Of a stretch of DNA of 64,000 nt, positions 57,504 to 64,000 are shown piece by piece (position 1 is the stretch's first letter; every line of letters starts with the position of its first letter). The translations under genes and the position numbers were made by a program. The stretch comes from an uncultured Nitrososphaerales archaeon. GTDB lineage: Archaea > Thermoproteota > Nitrososphaeria > Nitrososphaerales > Nitrososphaeraceae. A model generated the notes under the pieces. That model had not been told where the DNA came from, did no database searches, and saw only the letters and a program-made list of their open reading frames with translations. Location: positions 1 through 64,000 of the forward strand of contig CAVPXM010000013.1 of NCBI GenBank assembly GCA_963709405.1. Reading direction: 5' to 3'.

Positions 57504-58990
57504 ATGAGGAAGGAAAACTATTCATCCCGTTCTAATGAGAGCAACAAACCCAGAAAACAGAGAGCACTTGTTCTTCAGGGAGGCGGAACACTTGGAGCAT
57601 ATGAAGCAGGCGTTTTAGAGATATTATGCAAGACCCTATCTGAAGAAGACAAAGAAAAGAATAGAAAAGATGGATTATTATTTGACATTGTCGCAGGGGC
57701 GTCGATAGGTGCTATGAATGGCGCGGTACTTGTAAGTAATTTCCTGAATACTCATAGTTGGGAAAAAGCTGTAGAGAAACTTCAAAAATTTTGGACAGAC
57801 CAATTATCTGTAAAACAAATGGATGTCAGTGAAATAAGTAAACCTTGGTATAATAAATGGAAATCTAGAGTGCCAAAAGTAGCTTCTCCAGAAGGAGCTA
57901 GATGATACTATTCAGTTAAAAACCTGCTTCTTAATAATGTAGGAAACAATGTATATTATCTTTTGGATCCTATCGAGGACGAGAAATTTTTTGATAATTT
58001 GTACCAAGAGTGTGGTCCAAACACGGATAACCAAGGTTGTAAAGATCCAAATTGTAAGAAACCAAATTTTCTGAATAATTATTGGCTAGTTCATAGCTCC
58101 GAGCCATTACAAGAAAGTATCGAGAAATATGCTAATCTTCCAATACTGACTGATTATAATGACAATCAGCCTCCTGAAGGTGTTACTGTAACATTTGATA
58201 GTTATCCTAAAGCAGATGGCTCAAGAAAGTCAGAGTATAAAGTCACAACTAACCAAAAAAAGAAGGAATTAGTAATCAAGTACAATGACGGCATTGGCAT
58301 TGAACATATTATGGCAAGTGGCACAATCCCAGAATTCTACAAGTATGCGCAGATTCCTATCAATTCCACAGGCAGCCAAAAGGATCAAGACTCAACGAAT
58401 AAGCTTGCAAAAACTAGTGAAAATAAGGATGGAGCGCGTTACTTTACTGATGGAGGGGTATTAAATAATACTCCTTTTAGAGAACTCTTGAGTGCCCATC
58501 GAGAATATTGGAAAGATGTAAAAAAATAGATGAAATTCCAGACCTTGATGTATATATAGTAAATGTCCATGCTTCCAAAGTGGATAATGTTCGCGAGGAT
58601 TATGATGGTGTGAGGGAAAGACACCTTGACCTAACATATTGTGACAGAACATCACATTATGATGAAGAGAACGCACATCTGATATCAGACTACGCCAGTT
58701 TTTGTAACCAATTGAAGGAGCTTGTAGATTATGCTATAAATCAGACGACTGATAAAAACCAGAAACGAGTACTGAAGGATAGAGTCAATGGAATATTGTT
58801 AACAAAAACCTGCAATGAAACTGGTCTAAGTCACCTAAGAAAGTATGAGGACCTTCCTGGAAATGCATTCAATCTTAATGTAGCTTACGAATAGAGCGTG
58901 GTAGCCACATTAACGATGGTAACAGTAAAACAGGTGATTTAACACTTGAAACTATAAATAAACTAATAAAAGAAGGAAAGTGTGACTCAT
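57504..58990 (+). pseudogene. Patatin-like phospholipase, with stops and frameshifts
   Basis: LVLQGGGTLGAYEAG, GASIG, DGGVLNNTP. Confidence 0.88.
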
Positions 58991-59022
58991 GGTTCTCAAT
59001 AAGTAACTGCCTATAATGAATA

Positions 59023-59609
59023 GTGGTAACAATAAATCTTTCTTCTGAGGACAAGAAGGAGGGAATAATAATTAGAAAAACAGATTCGACTCCATTTAAG
59101 AAGCAAGTAGATTGGCGTCGGAATAAGGTCCTAGAGTTACTGGTACAAGGTCAAAATCAGTATGACATTGCAGAGGTTCTTCAAATCAGTCAACCCACAA
59201 TAAGTGGAGATGTACAGTCTGTGAATCAAAAGCCAAAGAAGAAATCAAATTACATATCAATGAGAAATTACCAGAGGAATACCAGCGATGCCTGACAGGA
59301 ATTAATCAGGTATTAAAGATTGCATGGGACATGGCCAATAAACTCCCCCAAGACAGCAGACTAAAACTTCAAGCATTATAATTAGCAAATGATTGTTACA
59401 AATACAAAATGGATTTACTCACAAATGCCTCTGTGTTAAGTGATGCAATCAAATTTGTAGAGAGCTCTAAAGACAAACTGGAAACCATAAAGTCAGATAC
59501 TCGCCCTGAGGAACGACGCGAAGATAATATTATCACTAGGAATAACAAAGATGACGTTCAAGGACCTACAGAAGATACTACAAGAGATAACACAAACCAC
59601 AAGAGATAG
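59023..59609 (+). pseudogene. HTH protein, terminase-small-subunit-like, broken
   Basis: WRRNKVLELLVQGQNQYDIAEVLQISQPTISGDV, then KLPEEYQRCLTGINQVLK...MDLLTNA across frames. Confidence 0.55.
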
Positions 59610-59915
59610 CACTTTTTAGTATCTAAAAGGAAAAGAGTTTTGGATTTGGAATTCTGAACAGCATAGATTAGAGGACATAAGAACCAACGGAGACTGTTGT
59701 TTTAACCACATTATAGGGCTTCCAAAGAAGAATGGGATGGAAAAGCCTCTCTATGATTACGAGAAGATAATCTTCGACAACTTGCAATCACATAAACACA
59801 TATGGATAAAAAAGCTACTGGCTTAGGTATCACTGAGTTCTTTCTACGGTACATTGCATGGATTTGCTTGAGAAACAATGAATATCAAGGCTCTCAGATC
59901 TGTATAGTAACAGGT
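59610..59915 (+). pseudogene. N-terminal fragment of terminase-large/SF2-like ATPase
   Basis: Manual translation GDCCFNHIIGLPKK..EKPLYDYEK...HIWIKK[fs]ATGLGITEFFLRY...QICIVTG, cut by an IS end. Confidence 0.55.
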
Positions 59916-60059
59916 CGGTTGTAGAAAGAACAAATTCACGGCACAACAGGTTCAGAAAACTTTTGGTTACATATGAAAAGAAGTTAGAAAACTATTTTGC
60001 TTTAGTATGTTTAGGCTGTTGTATTGTTATCTACAGGAGGATAATTTTGGGATAGGCTC
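59915..60059 (+). mobile_element. 3' end fragment of a diverged IS5 (same group as 6213-7184)
   Basis: VVERTNS.HNRFRKL..YEKK followed by IR TTTTGGGATAGGCTC and TAA. Confidence 0.88.
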
Positions 60060-60689
60060 TAAGCTAATTTGACTATTACTTTGAATTGGCTGCGCTACTA
60101 CTATTTATGCTCCTTGATTCGGTACAGACATTGCACCCATCATTGTACCCTTTCATAAACTCATTTGTATGAAAACTTGGGCCTTTACCTGGAGTATCTA
60201 AATTTGGATGTCCTCAGGCTTTTGCATTAGAACATCCATGACTATATCCTGAACTGTATGGCGATGTAGCAGATGGATGGAAGCTGATTTTCAGTCTTTT
60301 ATTAGTAGGCTAGATACTATATGCTATTTCGGATGGGAGATTTGCCACTTGGGACCAAGTGCTTGCAAAGGTCCTTACTCACAAAATATGTACATCCCGC
60401 CTTCTAAATTCAAATTCTAAAAGGGAGAGAGAGAGAGCAGAATAAGCATACTTCGCTTCGCCATGTAAAGTCGTGAACCTAAACGCTTAATTGGATATCG
60501 ATAATTGCATTCCTTGAAATACGGTTAGCTCAGATAAATTTTTCTTTGTACTTGACATTATATAAACAACAAAAAAGTGTATTGCATTGCATTCCTACTG
60601 GTTTAATTATGGCTACCTAAAATATAGTAGTAAGCTTGAAGACTAGTAACAATATCATAAAGAAGGAGAGAATGCTCGCTATACAATAA

Positions 60690-61166
60690 TGATGAAGATA
60701 TAGTTTTTGAATACTTTAGACTTATCAAAAATAAAGATATTGAACGCCTGATGAATTTATTCTCTCCTGATGCAATAGTTTATGAGCCATTCAGCAAATT
60801 AAGAGGAGGACTAAAAGGCAAACAAGCTATTGAGTCTTTTCTTGATATTGTAATCATGGCCAATGATGAGCTGCAATATAATATTATTATTGAAAATACG
60901 TCAGATATGAAAAAAGATCCAATATGCATGGTAATGATAATCAGGATAACATAGGTAACAGTAGAAATATCTTTGGCATGAAGGTTATTAATGCACTGGT
61001 ATTCTTTGAAAAAGGAGGTTCGCTAAGAGCCAGATTTACCTTTGAACTAAGTTCGGATGATAATATTTACCATGATGATAATTATAATGATAATAACAAT
61101 AATCGTGATACTAACTTAAAATATAACAACAAGATAACGACTTTACATATTCAGTTCATTAAGTAG
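60690..61166 (+). pseudogene. SnoaL/NTF2-like protein, frameshifted
   Basis: EYFRLIKNKDIERLMNLFSPDAIVYEPF..GLKGKQAIESF. Confidence 0.65.
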
Positions 61167-61944
61167 CTGCCGTCTTTTGTTATAGCTTTACTACTTCTTT
61201 TAGTGTGTATATGAATTTATTTATTTGTTTATTTCATTAACAAATGGCCTCATCCATAAAATTACCTATATGGCATTGTAGGTGCTATCTTGTTCAAAGC
61301 AGATATTACTTTATTTAGGCTTTTACCGGAACTTGTCAATACCAGAAGTACTTGATGTTTGTCTCCTCCAGCTGTTGAACCCGCACCACGCAGACTTGTT
61401 TACAAAGCCCATTTTACTCTACATACTAAATGTTAATGCAGTATGTAATCATCCTAACAATTATATGATTAATAAGAACTAAAATATTCGATGCAAATGT
61501 TGCGAAACGAAGTATCTTAACCATTTAGAAGCGAAGTAGCGAGGTGTGGACATACCTGATCCAAGTTTATGCCTCAGTATCTTAGATAGATAAGCGATTT
61601 ATAGATGAAAGCTACAAAAACTATGATTGCGCCTTATTTAACCAGTACAGATTTTATTCTAGAGCAAGAAATCGATGGCATAAAATTGTATTCTTAGTTT
61701 CCTGATGGCAATATGTCAGTAATGGAAGAGTACAGCTGATGCCTCAGATACACATTTTGTGTTTATTTTGCATATTTAGATTTGATTATATTTCTCTCAA
61801 TGGATTTAGTAATAAATGATGTCACACCTTATGACTAGAAACCATCATCTAGAAATCGAAGGAGGCATACTTGCCAGTGCAAGTCCAGGAGTAGCAAAGA
61901 ATGTGACTGGTTACGATGCTAGGATTAGCTCCAGACGCCGGCAA

Positions 61945-62163
61945 TGTCATACATTATTTTTTGCTCTGTAAATCGTGTTTTTGGTGTGCATCTTACATCA
62001 ATTACACATCTAATATGGTGAAGATCAACTTCAGCTGATAAAATTAGAACGTGCCCATTGTGTATGGATGACAGCATAGATCCCATGCCGCTATCATAGC
62101 ATGAACAGTACTTCTTTAACTATTCTAAGAAATCGGGAGTAGTTTTAGAATTTAAAAGATAGC
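61945..62163 (+). pseudogene. Small zinc-ribbon protein remnant
   Basis: FLLCKSCFWCASY...CPLCMDD...SGVVLEFKR. Confidence 0.5.
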
Positions 62164-62502
62164 CATCATGTATTTATCTTAATCAAATTTTTTTGTGATA
62201 ATCATAGATCAACCGGATATTTTTTACAAGTGTCTCAAAGGGCTAACAATTTATCTGCACTATTGGCACTAACAAAAAACCGGCGGTCTCAATATGATGA
62301 TACTAGAAGTCAATGGTATTCCCGGATATTTAATAGTGTCAACTGCCTCTGATTTATGATCAACGAGAAAGTGATTAACGATAAGAAGATGATAGAGCAC
62401 ATAAAACCTATTACAGCCAAATACTACGAAAACAAGCTCCTGAAAATGCATCAGTAGATGAAAAAAGTTTTAATTCATATCATATCTTTATTTCCTTGGT
62501 CT

Positions 62503-63060
62503 TTAATTCATATCTTGCTTTGAAACTATTGGATCATATAGTCCAGAAGACATGAAAATGTGTTTCTTAGTAAGATCTGGCAATGTTTCTGGCACAAGTG
62601 GTACCGTAGCACGAAAAAGAATAGCAGAAGAGAGTATTTCTGGACGAAGTAATAGCATACTGGCTGCTATGTTTGCACCATTAGAATACCCTACAGCTAT
62701 TACATGCCGCAAATCAAAGTCATAAGTTTTCGATGCATCATTTACAAAATCTGCTAGCTCATTTGTACGGAATTTCAAATCCTCTATATCAAAAACTCCT
62801 TCTGCTAGTCTGCGAAAGAATCGGGGTGCAATGCCATTTTCCAATACTTTTCCTCTTGGACTTAATATTGCTGCTCTCTGATCTAGTTCGTACACCAATG
62901 GAATTAGATCTTGTTCGTTTCCGCCAGTACCGTGAAGTAAAAGAAAAGTTGTAAATGCTTTTCCTTCTGTTGCTAGTTGTCTTGTTCTCTCTTCGCACTC
63001 TTCATTTTTTGGAGGCATAAAACTGTGGATGAAACCAAGTTTAGTTTTCTTCTTATCCAT
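62503..63060 (-). CDS. MhqD-like carboxylesterase (alpha/beta hydrolase), C-terminus apparently truncated
   Basis: LLLHGTGGNE, RFFRR, GYSNGA; catalytic His region absent. Confidence 0.85.
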   Translation of the reverse strand: MDKKKTKLGFIHSFMPPKNEECEERTRQLATEGKAFTTFLLLHGTGGNEQDLIPLVYELDQRAAILSPRGKVLENGIAPRFFRRLAEGVFDIEDLKFRTNELADFVNDASKTYDFDLRHVIAVGYSNGANIAASMLLLRPEILSSAILFRATVPLVPETLPDLTKKHIFMSSGLYDPIVSKQDMN

Positions 63061-63092
63061 TTTTAGCTTTAATTCCCTTTATTATCAGATTG

Positions 63093-63614
63093 TTATTTTT
63101 TGCTTAACACTTGCTCTTTTTCTTTTTTATGTGGTAAATGTGCTGGCGGTAGAACTCTCTCAAGATCTTTACGTACTGATTCAAGCCATTTGGGTAATGT
63201 CAAATGTGTTCCAAGTTCTTCTGCCTTTTCATCTATTGTAAATCCTGGTGGATTTGTAGCAATTTCAAACAGTACCCCACCTGGCTCACGGAAATATACT
63301 GAGTGAAAATAGGTACGATCTATAACAGGTGTTGCGTTCAGACCGGCTTTCACTATTTTATCGGGTAAAGCTCTTTGTTGTTCATCAGTAGGTGTGCGCC
63401 AAGCTACATGATGTACTGTTCCAACACCCATCATCCCATATCGTGTATTTGGCAGGCAAAGTACATCTATGATATTAGATCCATGATAGTATTCCTTGCT
63501 ATTGTTTCGATTAGCATCATCATCTTTAGCTGTGCTAATTTGGAAGCGAAAACGGCTTCCATCTTGACCTGTGAGCTTAAACCCTAATTCATTATTCAAG
63601 ATATAACAAAGCAT
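63093..63614 (-). pseudogene. Ring-cleaving dioxygenase (MhqO-like VOC), C-terminal half only
   Basis: GVGTVHHVAWR, DRTYFHSVYFREPGGVLFEIAT. Confidence 0.88.
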
Positions 63615-63705
63615 CGATAATTATAATACGTACATGTTCAAAAATTACAATAATCATCACTAGACCACTGATAAGTCCATAAAGGATGATGTTGTAAAAG
63701 ATTCA

Positions 63706-63984
63706 TTGTCAACAGCAACAATAGCAACTAATAATGATAAAAAATTAAAGACAATAAACCCAGCCACTGAAGAGGTTCTTAATGAGTATACAATAATTAG
63801 CAAAGAGCAATTAAACGATGCAGGAAAAAAATCAAAAAATGCGTTATTAGAATGGAAAGAAGATATTGATAAGCGTGCAGATTTCCTATATGCGTTTGCT
63901 AAAGAACTCAGGAAGAATAAAGAAAACCTAGCCAAAACGGCTACACAGAAGATTGGATCAATCTTGAACGTCCATCCATGCTAA
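63706..63984 (+). pseudogene. Aldehyde dehydrogenase N-terminal fragment
   Basis: TINPATEE...AL.EW...KRADFL...LAKTAT then stop. Confidence 0.8.
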
Positions 63985-64000
63985 ATAATCGAAGACTGAA

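Noticed and set aside
1-64000. CRISPR array, rRNA or complete tRNA
   Set aside because: No regularly spaced direct repeats, no long structured RNA gene, no full cloverleaf found by eye

Overview
AT-rich (roughly one-third GC by eye) archaeal DNA. Gene content and protein style suggest a soil Nitrososphaeraceae (Thaumarchaeota); this is inference, since no marker gene is present. The window is an accessory region crowded with IS elements (IS630 x4, IS5 x3 plus an end fragment, IS1595, IS481, a DDE_Tnp_1 element, IS6 and IS110 remnants), integrase and virus-like debris, and many frameshifted genes. The standout is a tightly coupled five-gene cassette at 46521-52637: a second full-length RadA, a 582-aa protein, a Walker-A-dead RadA-like protein, an arCOG07300-like small protein and a PolB2-type polymerase with an intact YADTDS motif. 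The 582-aa protein looks like an RPA (OB + Zn-finger OB) into whose second OB fold an Argonaute-like N-L1-PAZ lobe is inserted, with no MID/PIWI. A GC-rich hairpin precedes the cassette, and a 299-bp near-identical copy of part of the insert lies 24 kb away. All family calls are by motif recognition only; no database search was run. No rRNA, complete tRNA or CRISPR array was seen.
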